Virus record (IMG/VR): IMGVR_UViG_2832702071_000001
Span: 51,936 to 115,935 of that record
Length of the DNA stretch: 64,000 nt
Strand: one strand, 5' to 3'
From: a virus
Lineage: Duplodnaviria; Caudoviricetes
The notes beneath the pieces were generated by a model. That model was not told where the DNA came from and searched no databases. It saw only the letters and a program-made list of their open reading frames with translations. This document shows, one piece after another, positions 29,581 to 40,483 of this stretch. How positions within the stretch are numbered: the stretch's first letter is position 1; each line of letters begins with the position of its first letter. The translations under genes were made by a program, and so were the position numbers.

Positions 29581-30252
29581 ATGGAACAAAAGGAGATGCT
29601 TATGCCACTACCAAAAGACAATATGCTTTTCGGATACGCAGAAAAGCTCACAGGAGAACAAAGAGAGTACGTTAACGCAATTTTTGATAAACAACTTACT
29701 ATCACCAATAGTAAAAGTGGTACAGGAAAGACGACGCTAGCCGTCTCATGTGCGAAAGTCATAGGGAAACCTCTTCTTTATGTGTTCTCACCCTGCGAAG
29801 AAGATAAGCTCGGATATACACCCGGAGATATTGAAGAGAAGGAAGAAAAGTATATACAGCCTTTAAAAGACGCACTTATAGAGATTGGTGAAATGCCTGA
29901 CAAGGTAATTATGTCAAAAGAAAATATTGATAATGTGAGGCAGAGTAATTGTTGGGTTGAGGCGAAATCGCATGTTTTTGCTAGAGGGACAAACATAAAA
30001 GACAGAACGGTGATTATAGATGAGGCTCAAAACTTTCTAAAATCAGACTTGAAGAAGCTGCTCACAAGAATCCATGACTCGTGTACGGTTATCATGATTG
30101 GTCACACTGGTCAAATTGATTTGCCTAATCCTAATTTAAGTGGGTTTTCTTCATATATTGAACACTACAGAAAAAAAGATTATTGCAAGTTAGTAAATTT
30201 AAGTTGGAACTGGCGTGGTCGTTTGGCTAACGACGCAGATGAATTGATTTAA
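29581..30252 (+). CDS. phoH: PhoH-family ATPase (likely start 29602)
   Basis: SGTGKTTLA, LGYTPG, ARGTN, IIDEAQN, IGHTGQID. Confidence 0.9.
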   Translation: MEQKEMLMPLPKDNMLFGYAEKLTGEQREYVNAIFDKQLTITNSKSGTGKTTLAVSCAKVIGKPLLYVFSPCEEDKLGYTPGDIEEKEEKYIQPLKDALIEIGEMPDKVIMSKENIDNVRQSNCWVEAKSHVFARGTNIKDRTVIIDEAQNFLKSDLKKLLTRIHDSCTVIMIGHTGQIDLPNPNLSGFSSYIEHYRKKDYCKLVNLSWNWRGRLANDADELI

Positions 30253-30294
30253 TAAAATAACAAGAATTTGGAATGAAAAGGAGAATAAAAAGAT

Positions 30295-30489
30295 ATGGCT
30301 GATTATAATCATACTATTTCATTTAAAAAATCACAGTTAGATCTAGAAGAGGGTACGATCACTGAATTTAAGAGAGACTCAACTCTTACTTATCGTCTAC
30401 TTGATGAGTTGAAAAAATTCGAAGGTGAAGGTCGTCTGATTGACTTAACAATCAAAGAAGTCACAGAGTTAGAACCTTCTGAAGAATAA
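30295..30489 (+). CDS. yonK: YonK-like protein
   Basis: LDLEEGTITE pattern, size and position as in SPbeta. Confidence 0.7.
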   Translation: MADYNHTISFKKSQLDLEEGTITEFKRDSTLTYRLLDELKKFEGEGRLIDLTIKEVTELEPSEE

Positions 30490-30502
30490 GGCTGGTGATA
30501 AA

Positions 30503-31759
30503 TTGATATTACCAGAAAACTTAAAGAGACGGGAAAATGAATCTGACATCAAGTATAAAGTAAGGCTTTGTGTCGCCAAATTAAATAAAGACATAGATTT
30601 GGATTGGGTTGAGATAAATCAAATATTAGGCTTGAATCAATCGGGAGATCACACTAGAAAATTGGCTTATGGGTATAAAGAAATTTATGACGACAATCCC
30701 GATTTATTTGAAAAAGAGATAGTTGAGGATGACAAAGGTGACTTAAGATACAAAGAAACCATAGAAATAATGAGTGACGGGTCTCATAAGAGTGATAAAT
30801 TGCTAAGGATGTCTGACGAGCAATCTAAAAGTGTAGAATTTTTGTTAGAAGCCCATGGATACGATCCTTCAGAATGGGAACTAACGAACGCTAAAAATAA
30901 CATTTGGAATGTCTATTCTAAACAAGATGGGATACAAACATTATATTCTAGTAAGATAACAGCAAAACCATCAGTAACGGGGTTCAATGTAGATGATTTT
31001 TTAGAGAAAGCCAATAACAAGATTGTTCCCATACATATTAAAAATAAGATTGGTGATGGAACAGATCTATTAGAATTACCTTTATACGATATGCATTTTG
31101 GTGTGAATGATTACGAATACTATAGACCTGTGAGAGATGCTATTTTAGAAAAAATTAAAAGTAAAAGATGGGATAAAATCTTTTTTATTATTGGGCAAGA
31201 CCTTCTGCACAATAATAACTTTAAAGGCGAGACGTCAAGTGGTACACCAATTGAAAAAGTTGACATGGATAAGGCGTGGGAAGACGCATTTAAATTTTAC
31301 TGCGAATTAATTAACGAAGCACAGAATAATTCAAATAGTGTTGATTGTAGTTACTCAATTGCAAATCATGATGATTCAATGGCTTGGGCATTTGTTAAGT
31401 GTTTAGAAATTAAATTCCCAGATGTAAACTTTGATACAAGTAAAAAGGTACGAAAGGCATATGTATGGAATGGTGTATTCATCGGGTATGCACACGGTCA
31501 CAAAGGTGCTAATAGGCTACACGAAAATTTCATTTCTGACTTCGGTAAGCAAATGGCTCTTGCTGATATCGTAGAAATCCACAGTGGACATTTACATACA
31601 GAGAAAGCCAAAGATAAATTTGGTGTTTTAGTTAGAACATTGTCCACAAAAGGAAAGACTGATTCGTGGCACGAAGACAATGGGTTTGTTGGGGCAAACA
31701 AGCGATTTCAAGTTTTCGAGTATTCCCCTACTGACTTGAAAGCTATTCATTATATTTAA
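30503..31759 (+). CDS. Metallophosphoesterase-fold protein (YonJ-like)
   Basis: DMHFG, GQDLLH, ANHD, AHGH, SGHLH motifs. Confidence 0.8.
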   Translation: MILPENLKRRENESDIKYKVRLCVAKLNKDIDLDWVEINQILGLNQSGDHTRKLAYGYKEIYDDNPDLFEKEIVEDDKGDLRYKETIEIMSDGSHKSDKLLRMSDEQSKSVEFLLEAHGYDPSEWELTNAKNNIWNVYSKQDGIQTLYSSKITAKPSVTGFNVDDFLEKANNKIVPIHIKNKIGDGTDLLELPLYDMHFGVNDYEYYRPVRDAILEKIKSKRWDKIFFIIGQDLLHNNNFKGETSSGTPIEKVDMDKAWEDAFKFYCELINEAQNNSNSVDCSYSIANHDDSMAWAFVKCLEIKFPDVNFDTSKKVRKAYVWNGVFIGYAHGHKGANRLHENFISDFGKQMALADIVEIHSGHLHTEKAKDKFGVLVRTLSTKGKTDSWHEDNGFVGANKRFQVFEYSPTDLKAIHYI

Positions 31760-31839
31760 TACATAATTAATTGGTAAGATGAGAAATAGTTTGTACGTCC
31801 CCTCCCTTATTTCTCATCCAATGCCACCACAAATTAAGG

Positions 31840-32112
31840 ATGGTGGTTCTAGTGGAATATGAATATGAAGATGTGCGATCTAATGTAATCATTGTACCTA
31901 CTGATACAGAAAGTATTGGCGATATTGTCAATGAGTATGCTCTAATGGGGCTAGATTGTAAGAACAAAGAAGAGTTAGAAGATTTATTTAAAATGTTTGC
32001 AGACGAAATGATATTGATGATTGATAAACATTACACAACTGAAATCGCATTGAATATGGTTGAAAGATTAAAAGAGATAGAAATTTTAAGAGAAGATTAT
32101 AGAGATTTATAA
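31840..32112 (+). CDS. Hypothetical protein
   Basis: 90 aa ORF co-oriented with the late operon. Confidence 0.6.
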   Translation: MVVLVEYEYEDVRSNVIIVPTDTESIGDIVNEYALMGLDCKNKEELEDLFKMFADEMILMIDKHYTTEIALNMVERLKEIEILREDYRDL

Positions 32113-32176
32113 AATCTTAATGAGTTTTGAGATGGTCAAGATTCATTAAATATTGTTTTTTGTATAAAAGAGATGT

Positions 32177-32500
32177 AAGTTGCTTTCTACTGAAACTCTC
32201 TCCGTCCATGTAGCGACTTCCCAAACACCACGGGTCGTAACGCAAGCATCGGGTTGTCAACGGAAAATATAATTTAATTAATGATATGTAAGACTGTCGG
32301 ATAATCGAGAGCTTTGTTGCCGAGAAATTGTCGGCTCTATGGCGAAATCTATTCCGAAGTAGGTTCGCAACCTTGCCGATAGTAGCTTTGTTCAGTCGTT
32401 TTGAACGTCCTTCAAGGTGTAACAGTTGGGTGGCTACCAACTTAAAGATCTTTTTAAGGTGTCTATATAACCTATAGGCATCTAATAAAAGATCTTTTTT
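32177..32500 (+). ncRNA. Candidate structured non-coding RNA
   Basis: GC-rich intergenic stretch with many nested helices (see findings), ending in a long hairpin at 32444-32496. Confidence 0.45.
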
Positions 32501-32531
32501 ATTTTAAATCAGAATTAAAGGAGGTTATGTT

Positions 32532-33464
32532 ATGGCAAAAAATCCAAGCAAAAATGTCACAACAATAAAGTGTAGTTGTTGTGGGAAGGAAAAGAAAATT
32601 ACCGAGTTTTACTCTTCTCACTCTCCTATTCACCAATATTACAACAAACTACCCGTTTGTAAAGATTGTGTCTTTTCTATGGTAGACGAAACAGATATTA
32701 GATCTGTGCAAGATATGCTTAGAATGATCGACAAACCTTTTTATCACTCATTATGGGAGTCATCTATTGAAGAATCTAGTAAGACAGGGCGTTCATTGTT
32801 CGGTACGTATATGAAGAACGTTGTAATGGGTCAGTATAAAGGCGACACTTGGAACGATAGTGATTTTAACGATATCCCGACCGATAACAAAAACGGTGAA
32901 TATGACAGCACAAACCACCCAAATTCATCTGATTTTAATAGGGATTATTTAATGAATAAATGGGGTTTTGGATATACTGACGAAGAATATGACTACTTTG
33001 AAAGAAAATATAATATTTTGAAGAATAATTACCAAGAGAAGACCAGTATGCATACTGAGGCGTTACTAACCTACATAAGATATCGAGTAAAAGAAGAGAT
33101 AGCTACGGCACATGGGGATAATAAAGCAGCAAAAGATTGGGGTACTTTAGCCTCAAATGCTGCTGATAAAGCAAAAATAAATCCATCACAGTTGTCACAA
33201 GCTGACCTATCTGATGGTCTAGATACATTTGGGCAGTTAATTCGTGCAGTTGAAACATCTGAAGATATCATACCTATATTGCCTCAGTTTAAACAAAAAG
33301 CCCATGACAAAGTAGATTTTGCATTATGGTGCTACGTTAATTATATAAGAGATATGCAAGGGAAAGATCTTGCCGACTATCAAGATATCTACGCATTTTA
33401 TGAAGATCGTAAAAAAGAATATGAAGAAGAGTTTGATTTTTCCCAAGGAGTTAGTGATAATTAA
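32532..33464 (+). CDS. Zn-finger packaging-region protein, possibly the terminase small subunit
   Basis: CSCC...CKDC N-terminus; translationally coupled to terminase large subunit. Confidence 0.6.
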   Translation: MAKNPSKNVTTIKCSCCGKEKKITEFYSSHSPIHQYYNKLPVCKDCVFSMVDETDIRSVQDMLRMIDKPFYHSLWESSIEESSKTGRSLFGTYMKNVVMGQYKGDTWNDSDFNDIPTDNKNGEYDSTNHPNSSDFNRDYLMNKWGFGYTDEEYDYFERKYNILKNNYQEKTSMHTEALLTYIRYRVKEEIATAHGDNKAAKDWGTLASNAADKAKINPSQLSQADLSDGLDTFGQLIRAVETSEDIIPILPQFKQKAHDKVDFALWCYVNYIRDMQGKDLADYQDIYAFYEDRKKEYEEEFDFSQGVSDN

Positions 33465-35179
33465 TGGCTCACAACTTTCAAACGAAATCTGCAAAATACA
33501 CTAAAAATAGATATGGGATATACGAATCTGAGTTTGCTAATTCCATAGATTCTAGAGGTGTTAAAGAGGAAGATAATTTCACTAAGAATTTAAACAAGTA
33601 TAAAGACTTTGTTAGTTGGTGTCGGTTCTATCCAGACTTGTTTTATGATTTAATCACACCAGAAACTGGCGGGATAAGATTAGACTTAGACCAAAGGCTT
33701 TTGTTGCGATCTTTATCTAGATTTGTTGCTACTTATGGTGTATTCCCTCGTGGTTATGGGAAAACAATGATTGAATTAATGGGTATGTATCATACAGCTA
33801 TATGTTTCCCTGATATAGAACTCAGTATGACGGCTCAAACAAGAGAGAATGCTTCGAAGCTGGTTGATGAAAAACATAGAGAAATAATTAAAAATTACCC
33901 CTTAATGAAAAATGAGATTACTAAGTTTTCAGCGACAAAAGATTCGGTTGAGATCATTTTTACTTCTGGTGGAAGAATAGATATATTGGCTAACCAACAG
34001 TCAACTAAGGGTGCTCGTAGAAAACGTTTAAATATAGAAGAAGCTGCGCAGCTCAACTCTCAACTTTTTTATGATGTACTAGAACCGGTTGTCAACGTAC
34101 CAAGAAGAACAGTTGGTAGAGAGGCGCTAGTTAATCCTGAAGAATTACATGGACAAATTAATTTCTTTACTACTAGTTGGTTTAGGGGTAGTGACGAATA
34201 TGAAAGAAACCTGAAAATGATTGATGATATGGTTAACTTAAAAGGGACTATAGTGATCGGTTCAGATTGGCAACTAGCAGCTAGTTGTGGTCGTGGAGAG
34301 CCTAAAGCTAAGATATTAGACAAGAAAGCAAAATCATCTCCCACTTTCTTTGCTATGAACTATGAGTCTAAATGGGTTGGGTCTATTGATGGTTCTTTAG
34401 TAGATATAAACAAAGTGATGTCACTGAGGGTTGTTTCATCACCTGAATACAAGAGTGATAATAAGAGTGAATACATATTATCAATGGACGTAGCCAGGTC
34501 AGATAGCATGTCAAACAATCAGAGTTCCATTGCGGTTCTCAAGTTAAATAGGTCAAAGAGTGGAAAGATAAAAAAAGTTAGGGCAGTTAATATTATAAAC
34601 CTTCCCAACGGATTAAACTTTGCTTCTCAGGCAATGGAACTAAAAAAAGTCAGAAAAGCCTTTAATGCAAAAATAGTTGTTATCGATGGCAACGGATTGG
34701 GAACAGCTATAATAGATGAAGTGATGAAAGACTCTTTTGATCCACAGACGGGCGAAGAGCTAGGGTGTTGGGATACTATTAATACAGATAGAGATCCTGA
34801 ATCATCAGATTCAGAAAAAATAGTTTATGACCTTCATGCTCAGGGAATTAATAGCGATATTATTGTTAATTTCATTGACTACATAGAAAGTGAAAAGATA
34901 CTACTGCTTGAGAAAACGAATGATTCTGGGTACGACATAAATGATGATAACGCAGTCAAAAATATAATTCCCTTCCTAGAAACAGATAAATTCATTGAAG
35001 AAGTGGCAAATTTAAAACTAAAAAAATTACAAAACGGAAAATATAATGTTGAGCGTGTTGTAAGTAAAATAGACAAAGATAGGTATTCCGCTGTTGCTTA
35101 CGGGTTGTGGTATATCAAAAACTATGAGGATAATACAGAGAGTGAGTCAGATTATGATTTTGGCTTCTTCTATAATTAA
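33464..35179 (+). CDS. terL: Terminase large subunit
   Basis: PRGYGKT Walker A, NIEEA Walker B, SMDVA, IDGNGLG and KDRYSA nuclease motifs. Confidence 0.92.
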   Translation: MAHNFQTKSAKYTKNRYGIYESEFANSIDSRGVKEEDNFTKNLNKYKDFVSWCRFYPDLFYDLITPETGGIRLDLDQRLLLRSLSRFVATYGVFPRGYGKTMIELMGMYHTAICFPDIELSMTAQTRENASKLVDEKHREIIKNYPLMKNEITKFSATKDSVEIIFTSGGRIDILANQQSTKGARRKRLNIEEAAQLNSQLFYDVLEPVVNVPRRTVGREALVNPEELHGQINFFTTSWFRGSDEYERNLKMIDDMVNLKGTIVIGSDWQLAASCGRGEPKAKILDKKAKSSPTFFAMNYESKWVGSIDGSLVDINKVMSLRVVSSPEYKSDNKSEYILSMDVARSDSMSNNQSSIAVLKLNRSKSGKIKKVRAVNIINLPNGLNFASQAMELKKVRKAFNAKIVVIDGNGLGTAIIDEVMKDSFDPQTGEELGCWDTINTDRDPESSDSEKIVYDLHAQGINSDIIVNFIDYIESEKILLLEKTNDSGYDINDDNAVKNIIPFLETDKFIEEVANLKLKKLQNGKYNVERVVSKIDKDRYSAVAYGLWYIKNYEDNTESESDYDFGFFYN

Positions 35180-35205
35180 AATTTAATATAAAAGGAGGTG
35201 GAATA

Positions 35206-36732
35206 TTGGATATCTTAGAAAATGAAACCACATATGAATTCAACACATCTATTGGTTTCGAAAATGTGGTTTCTCCTCTTAATTACAACACCATTAATAT
35301 AGACAGTATTAAAAAGTGGTTAAAAAACCCTATGTATTATAATCAAGAAATTAGAAGCGCCTCTAGGGTTTTGTACAATAAAAATGGTATTTATGCCAAC
35401 GTTGTCGACTATATGGTATCCCTCCCTACCCTTGACAGAGTTGTTTATGGTCGAAATAGGAAAAACAGAGATTATCAGACGAACAAAGATAAATTTATCA
35501 GTTCTTTAGATAGCTTAAAAGACAAGATTTTAATTCGTGATAATTTGAGAAAGTTATCAATCGATGCAGTCGCTTTTTATTATTTCCAATATGATGAGAA
35601 CGCATCTTTTGATAACTTTATGAGTGATTATGATAGATCGCAAACAGAAATAAATAAATATGTGAATTGTAATTTATTCCCCCTCCCCACTGACTATTGT
35701 GAAATTGTTGGGTTAAAAAACTCTTCTTATGTGGTTGCATTTGATTTGTCTTACTTCGACAATTTTACTGGCAAAGGTAAGTCTAAAAAGTTAATGAAGT
35801 ATCCAAAGGAAATTAGGGAAGGATATAAACAATTTAGAAAATCTCCTAATAATCAATGGATAGTTCTTGATAATGACAAAACGGTTGCGACTAAAGCCAG
35901 ATCTAATATAGATGAAAAATGGGGACGACCATTAGGTTTAGCTAGTTTCATAGACATTCTATATGATGAATACTACACAGATACAAAACGAAAAATACTT
36001 GATGATGTAAATAGTACAATTGTTTATCAAACGTTTCCTGAAGGTAAAGAAAAGGGAAAGTCTAGCTTAACACAAAAGCAACAAAAAGAGCAGCACGATA
36101 ATATCAAGCAGGCTTTATTCTCTAGGTCAAATGTCAAAGGGGTCAACTTCTTTTCTGTGGCGAGTGGTACTAAGCTTGAAAAGATGGATACAGATGTCGA
36201 ATTTTTAAAAGTTAATGCTGAAGACGAATTAATTAAACGAATTACTACATCATTAGGGTTTGCTTCTAGTTTATTGAATGCAGATTCAGGTACTTCTAGT
36301 TCGCAAAAGGCAAACTTAGATCTAATTACTGCTGAGATAATGAGTTGGATTGAACAGATAAAATCAGAGTTAAATAAAGTAATAAATAAAAACATTATTA
36401 AAAATAACTCAAACTATATAGAAGTTGATTACCTCCCTATTACTCATGCAAACAGAAAAGAAATGGTTAGGCATATGAAAGATCTGTTTCTTAACGCAGG
36501 TGGATCTGTTCAGGCGTGGATAAGTTCAACAGGCTTCAATCCAGAGACGTATCTAGCTTTAATGGATGAGGAAAGAAGTTTAAACTTTGACGAAAAATAC
36601 CCACCACACAAAACTAGTTATACGACAAGTGGAAAAGATGAATCAACTGAAGCTAAAAAACCTATTAATAATGATTCGGATAACCCGAACACCATTAAAA
36701 ATAAGAATACTGGAGCTAACCCTATTGAATAA
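35206..36732 (+). CDS. Portal protein
   Basis: 508 aa directly after terL; C-terminal PPHKTSYTTSG. Confidence 0.8.
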   Translation: MDILENETTYEFNTSIGFENVVSPLNYNTINIDSIKKWLKNPMYYNQEIRSASRVLYNKNGIYANVVDYMVSLPTLDRVVYGRNRKNRDYQTNKDKFISSLDSLKDKILIRDNLRKLSIDAVAFYYFQYDENASFDNFMSDYDRSQTEINKYVNCNLFPLPTDYCEIVGLKNSSYVVAFDLSYFDNFTGKGKSKKLMKYPKEIREGYKQFRKSPNNQWIVLDNDKTVATKARSNIDEKWGRPLGLASFIDILYDEYYTDTKRKILDDVNSTIVYQTFPEGKEKGKSSLTQKQQKEQHDNIKQALFSRSNVKGVNFFSVASGTKLEKMDTDVEFLKVNAEDELIKRITTSLGFASSLLNADSGTSSSQKANLDLITAEIMSWIEQIKSELNKVINKNIIKNNSNYIEVDYLPITHANRKEMVRHMKDLFLNAGGSVQAWISSTGFNPETYLALMDEERSLNFDEKYPPHKTSYTTSGKDESTEAKKPINNDSDNPNTIKNKNTGANPIE

Positions 36733-36765
36733 CATCTTTTCTTTATTGTAAGGAGGTGATAGTAA

Positions 36766-37884
36766 TTGTTTATAGAAATATCTGAAACGAACAGAAGAAC
36801 TGGCAGGACACCTATTAAAATAGCAATGCATGAAATACATAAAAACATCAACGAAACTAATAAAAATGGTATTCATTGGGATGAAACTTATACCAAACAA
36901 AACATGTCTAGCGCTTCTGGCGCTCCATTTGTCGTTGAATTTTTAGATGAAGATATGGATATGGTTGGTGGTCATGGTGATTTGAGGGTTGATGAAGATG
37001 GTAAGCCTTATTTCGAAAATTCTACTGTAGTAGGCACAATCGAGCAAGCTACTGTTGAGACAATCAACGTCAATGGTTCAGACACTCTAGTATTAATGTC
37101 TTCTGGTTATTTATACGAACAGAGATACCCTAAATTCGTTAATTGGTTAAGAGATATTAGTAAAACACAATCGATAAGAGGATCTGTAGAGATTGGCGGT
37201 AAGCACCCTAATAATAACATATCTTATGATGGTGAATATAGCAGAGAATATAGAGTACCAAAAGAGTTTGACTATACAGGTATGGCTATCCTGTTTACAG
37301 AAACACCAGCAGATGACAACGCTATTCTAGTAGAGGTTAACCAGTTAAATAAATCAAAGGAGGAAAAAACATTGTCTGAAACTAATAATGAGAAGTTAGA
37401 AGAAAAGATCAACAAAATTAATGAGTTGAACAATGAATTAAACACAAAATCAACCAAGATCGACGAATTGCAAGTTGAGGTTAATACCAAACAAGAGGAA
37501 TTAAACAGTGCAATTCAAGAATTAAAAGAAAAGAGAGAATCTTTGGAGTCACAAGAACAAGAGTTGAATGAACTTCGTGAATTTAAGAAAGAAGTTACTC
37601 AAAAGCAATTAATTTCTAAATTAGAAGCCGAATTGTCATCCTACTCTGATGAAGAAAAAAGCATCGCCAAAGATAAGATTGAAAAATTCTCTGAAGACCC
37701 AACTGAAGACAAAATTAAGAATATCGTTAACGAGATTAATTCAGAGATTGCTAAAAATCTTATTGAAAAACGGAAAGATAAAAAGCAAAAAGAGGAAAAA
37801 ATTGAAAGTAACTCAATCAATGACCTATTTGGTGTTGTTGATGATATATCTAATGATGTTAAAAGTATTGAGGACTTATATTAA
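36766..37884 (+). CDS. Prohead protease/scaffold protein
   Basis: N-terminal NKNGI...GSVEI...YTGMAIL domain plus a C-terminal coiled coil. Confidence 0.7.
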   Translation: MFIEISETNRRTGRTPIKIAMHEIHKNINETNKNGIHWDETYTKQNMSSASGAPFVVEFLDEDMDMVGGHGDLRVDEDGKPYFENSTVVGTIEQATVETINVNGSDTLVLMSSGYLYEQRYPKFVNWLRDISKTQSIRGSVEIGGKHPNNNISYDGEYSREYRVPKEFDYTGMAILFTETPADDNAILVEVNQLNKSKEEKTLSETNNEKLEEKINKINELNNELNTKSTKIDELQVEVNTKQEELNSAIQELKEKRESLESQEQELNELREFKKEVTQKQLISKLEAELSSYSDEEKSIAKDKIEKFSEDPTEDKIKNIVNEINSEIAKNLIEKRKDKKQKEEKIESNSINDLFGVVDDISNDVKSIEDLY

Positions 37885-37936
37885 TAAATACTACTCTTAT
37901 ATAATTAAAATTTAAAATAAATGGAGGAATTAAGTA

Positions 37937-38413
37937 ATGTTTAATTTCGGAACTATTGGTGCTTATAAACAAGTACGAAATAACCCACGTTGTAAAGCAA
38001 CAGCAGAAACTAAGAATGGTCAAGTTGTAGTATTGGATGAAGTGAATAAAACCGCATCATTTCCGGCAGATGCCGCAGCAGCAAAGGTAGAAAATCTTTA
38101 TATTGTAAATAATGCAGATGATAAGCCAGAAACTTGGACTACTAAAGATTTTGTTGTTAAAGAAGGAGAATTTTTGCGAAACTTCAGACTTGCAGATTTA
38201 GTAGATATGCCAGTTTTATTATCACATGATGTTATTTCTACTACTTACACAGACGTTGCCGCAGGAGATATTTTAGTCGCAGAAGCTGCTACAGGTAATT
38301 GGGTTAAAGCTGATGGAACAACCATTGTTGCTACTGATTACCCAATTACATTGGAAGTAGTTAGTAAAAATACATTCGGAGATCAAGGCGTCGAAGCAAT
38401 CGTTCGTGCCTAA
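37937..38413 (+). CDS. Head decoration/structural protein
   Basis: Between scaffold and capsid; strong SD. Confidence 0.6.
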   Translation: MFNFGTIGAYKQVRNNPRCKATAETKNGQVVVLDEVNKTASFPADAAAAKVENLYIVNNADDKPETWTTKDFVVKEGEFLRNFRLADLVDMPVLLSHDVISTTYTDVAAGDILVAEAATGNWVKADGTTIVATDYPITLEVVSKNTFGDQGVEAIVRA

Positions 38414-38437
38414 TAGATAATTAATAGGAGGATTATA

Positions 38438-39517
38438 ATGTATAATATTGAATTAAACAATGCACAAAAACACTTAGATACTAAAATTAAACAAAACTCC
38501 CCTGCTATTGAGATTTTCTCAGCGTTGGTTAAGGGAGATGACACTTCTAAATTTGGTAAAAATACCGATAAAGTGGTTGGTCATTTAAAAGATTTAGGAG
38601 AACGAGCTTTTAAAGGTGATTTTGCTGCTAAATCAGAATTAAATGCTTTTGTTAAATTTACGATTATGCCTAGATTACAGGAACGAATCAACCTGTTTGA
38701 ATTTATGGGTAGATTTTCTCGTATTGGCTACGCTGATGCTGCGTATATCGAAAAATATAAGCACAATACACGATCAAATCGCCAAGCGTCTCAAGGTGAT
38801 GTGTCGCTTTCTACAATGGAAAAAGTAACTGAGCCACTTGGAACACACACTATTTCTGGCGGATTTGAGGTTAATTATCGTGAACTTGCCAGTGGTAATT
38901 TAACTCGAATTTCTGAAGGTATGGATCAAGTTAAAGTAGATATTTACAACAAAGCAATGCATTATGTTATGGCTACTTTATATAACGAGATTAAAAATAC
39001 TAGTGGAATTAAATATTTTGCTGAAGCAAGTGGTATTAATAAAGCAGCAGTAGACGAAAATCTGCGTAAAGTTCGTAGAAATGGTAAACCTTCAATTCTT
39101 GGCGATTATTCAGTTGTTTCTCAATTAAACGGATTCCAAGGATATGCTGATGGTGCGCCTAATGCATATTCTGACCAAGCTTTAGAAGAAATTCGTCAGA
39201 CAGGTTTACTTGGTATGTATGGTGGATCTCCTGTTATGGAAATACCGAACCAATACAACTTTAGTAAGTTAAACGCTGCTGGTGATAATTATCAAACACA
39301 ACTACCAGAAGGATTATTATACTTAGTGCCTCAAGGCAACAATGGCGTCTATCCATTACAAATCGTTCAACGTGGTGATTTACAATCCGCTACTGGTATG
39401 GACATCACAACTGGTACAGAAATTACACGATTTGACCTTGAAATCGGTGCAGGTGTAGCTAATCCAGATGCAATTGGATTAATTTCTGATACAGATTTTG
39501 ATGCTCCAACTGAATAA
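38438..39517 (+). CDS. Major capsid protein
   Basis: 359 aa, position in head module, GLLGMYGGSPV. Confidence 0.8.
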   Translation: MYNIELNNAQKHLDTKIKQNSPAIEIFSALVKGDDTSKFGKNTDKVVGHLKDLGERAFKGDFAAKSELNAFVKFTIMPRLQERINLFEFMGRFSRIGYADAAYIEKYKHNTRSNRQASQGDVSLSTMEKVTEPLGTHTISGGFEVNYRELASGNLTRISEGMDQVKVDIYNKAMHYVMATLYNEIKNTSGIKYFAEASGINKAAVDENLRKVRRNGKPSILGDYSVVSQLNGFQGYADGAPNAYSDQALEEIRQTGLLGMYGGSPVMEIPNQYNFSKLNAAGDNYQTQLPEGLLYLVPQGNNGVYPLQIVQRGDLQSATGMDITTGTEITRFDLEIGAGVANPDAIGLISDTDFDAPTE

Positions 39518-39601
39518 TTTTTTAATAATTATAATTTAATATAAGTGCAGAGTGGGGTCTCCCCTCCTCTGCTTATTTAGGAATAAAAGGAGAGTATTGA
39601 G

Positions 39602-40069
39602 ATGGCTGAATTAGATATGGATAAAAAAGTCGAGATTAAAAACTTATGTGACTGGGATCTGTACTTTACCCGTGTTGAGTCAAATGGTCATGTAAGAATT
39701 CCTAGAAGTGGTAAAACAAGAATTTCTCGTGCTGAAATCCAAGCTCAAGTTTTCGATAATAATAAGATGTTTGTTGGTACAGATGGAAATGGTTCACATG
39801 CTCGTATCTATGTTGAAGATAAAGAAACAAGAGATTTTCTTGAATTTGATAAAGGAAACAGCAAACAAAAGATTCTTGATTCTGAGGCAGTTAAAAAGCT
39901 ATTGGAGTTAAAAACCCAATCATCTTTTGAGAAAAACGTGAAAGAAAAGGTTAAAACAAAGGCTGAAAAAAATTATTTAATTGAAGAATCAAAACGTCAA
40001 AAATTAAATGATTTCAATAAAATTAAGTTTATTGAAGACTATACTGGCTACAAATTTGATACAAAGTAG
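39602..40069 (+). CDS. Head-associated hypothetical protein
   Basis: Synteny; SD. Confidence 0.65.
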   Translation: MAELDMDKKVEIKNLCDWDLYFTRVESNGHVRIPRSGKTRISRAEIQAQVFDNNKMFVGTDGNGSHARIYVEDKETRDFLEFDKGNSKQKILDSEAVKKLLELKTQSSFEKNVKEKVKTKAEKNYLIEESKRQKLNDFNKIKFIEDYTGYKFDTK

Positions 40070-40078
40070 TGATGAATT

Positions 40079-40465
40079 ATGACTACACGAGATAATGTAA
40101 TAAGTAATTTCCATACTGAATTTCAATCTCCAACTGTGTTGCCCGATGGTATTGAGGATCAATTTCTAATTAAGGCTGTCGGAGACTTTCAGTTGGATTT
40201 GTACCCCATTAGTTACTCGACTTCCACGAAAGATTTTGAGGAATCTATTTCTATCTCAGAAGAGATACTACTGGGGAAGTTAATGTATAAACACTATTTA
40301 TCTAGAGAGTTGGATAGGGTTTTAAAATTAAATAATATTGTTGGTAAAGATATCTCTCTTACTTCTATGGCTGGTAGTAAATCATCTATACAAAAAAGAT
40401 ACACAGAGCTGGTCGGAGAGATTGATGAAGTTATTTATAAATTGAAAGACAATACTTTTTATTAG
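40079..40465 (+). CDS. Putative head-tail adaptor
   Basis: Size and position. Confidence 0.5.
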   Translation: MTTRDNVISNFHTEFQSPTVLPDGIEDQFLIKAVGDFQLDLYPISYSTSTKDFEESISISEEILLGKLMYKHYLSRELDRVLKLNNIVGKDISLTSMAGSKSSIQKRYTELVGEIDEVIYKLKDNTFY

Positions 40466-40483
40466 GTAAGTAGGTAGATAAAT

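Noticed and set aside
32293-32384. Canonical tRNA gene
   Set aside because: Cloverleaf-like, but no proper D arm, the anticodon loop lacks U33, the T-stem is imperfect and there is no CCA
32117-32440. 107-aa minus-strand ORF
   Set aside because: Antisense to the late operon, atypical composition, overlaps the predicted RNA structure
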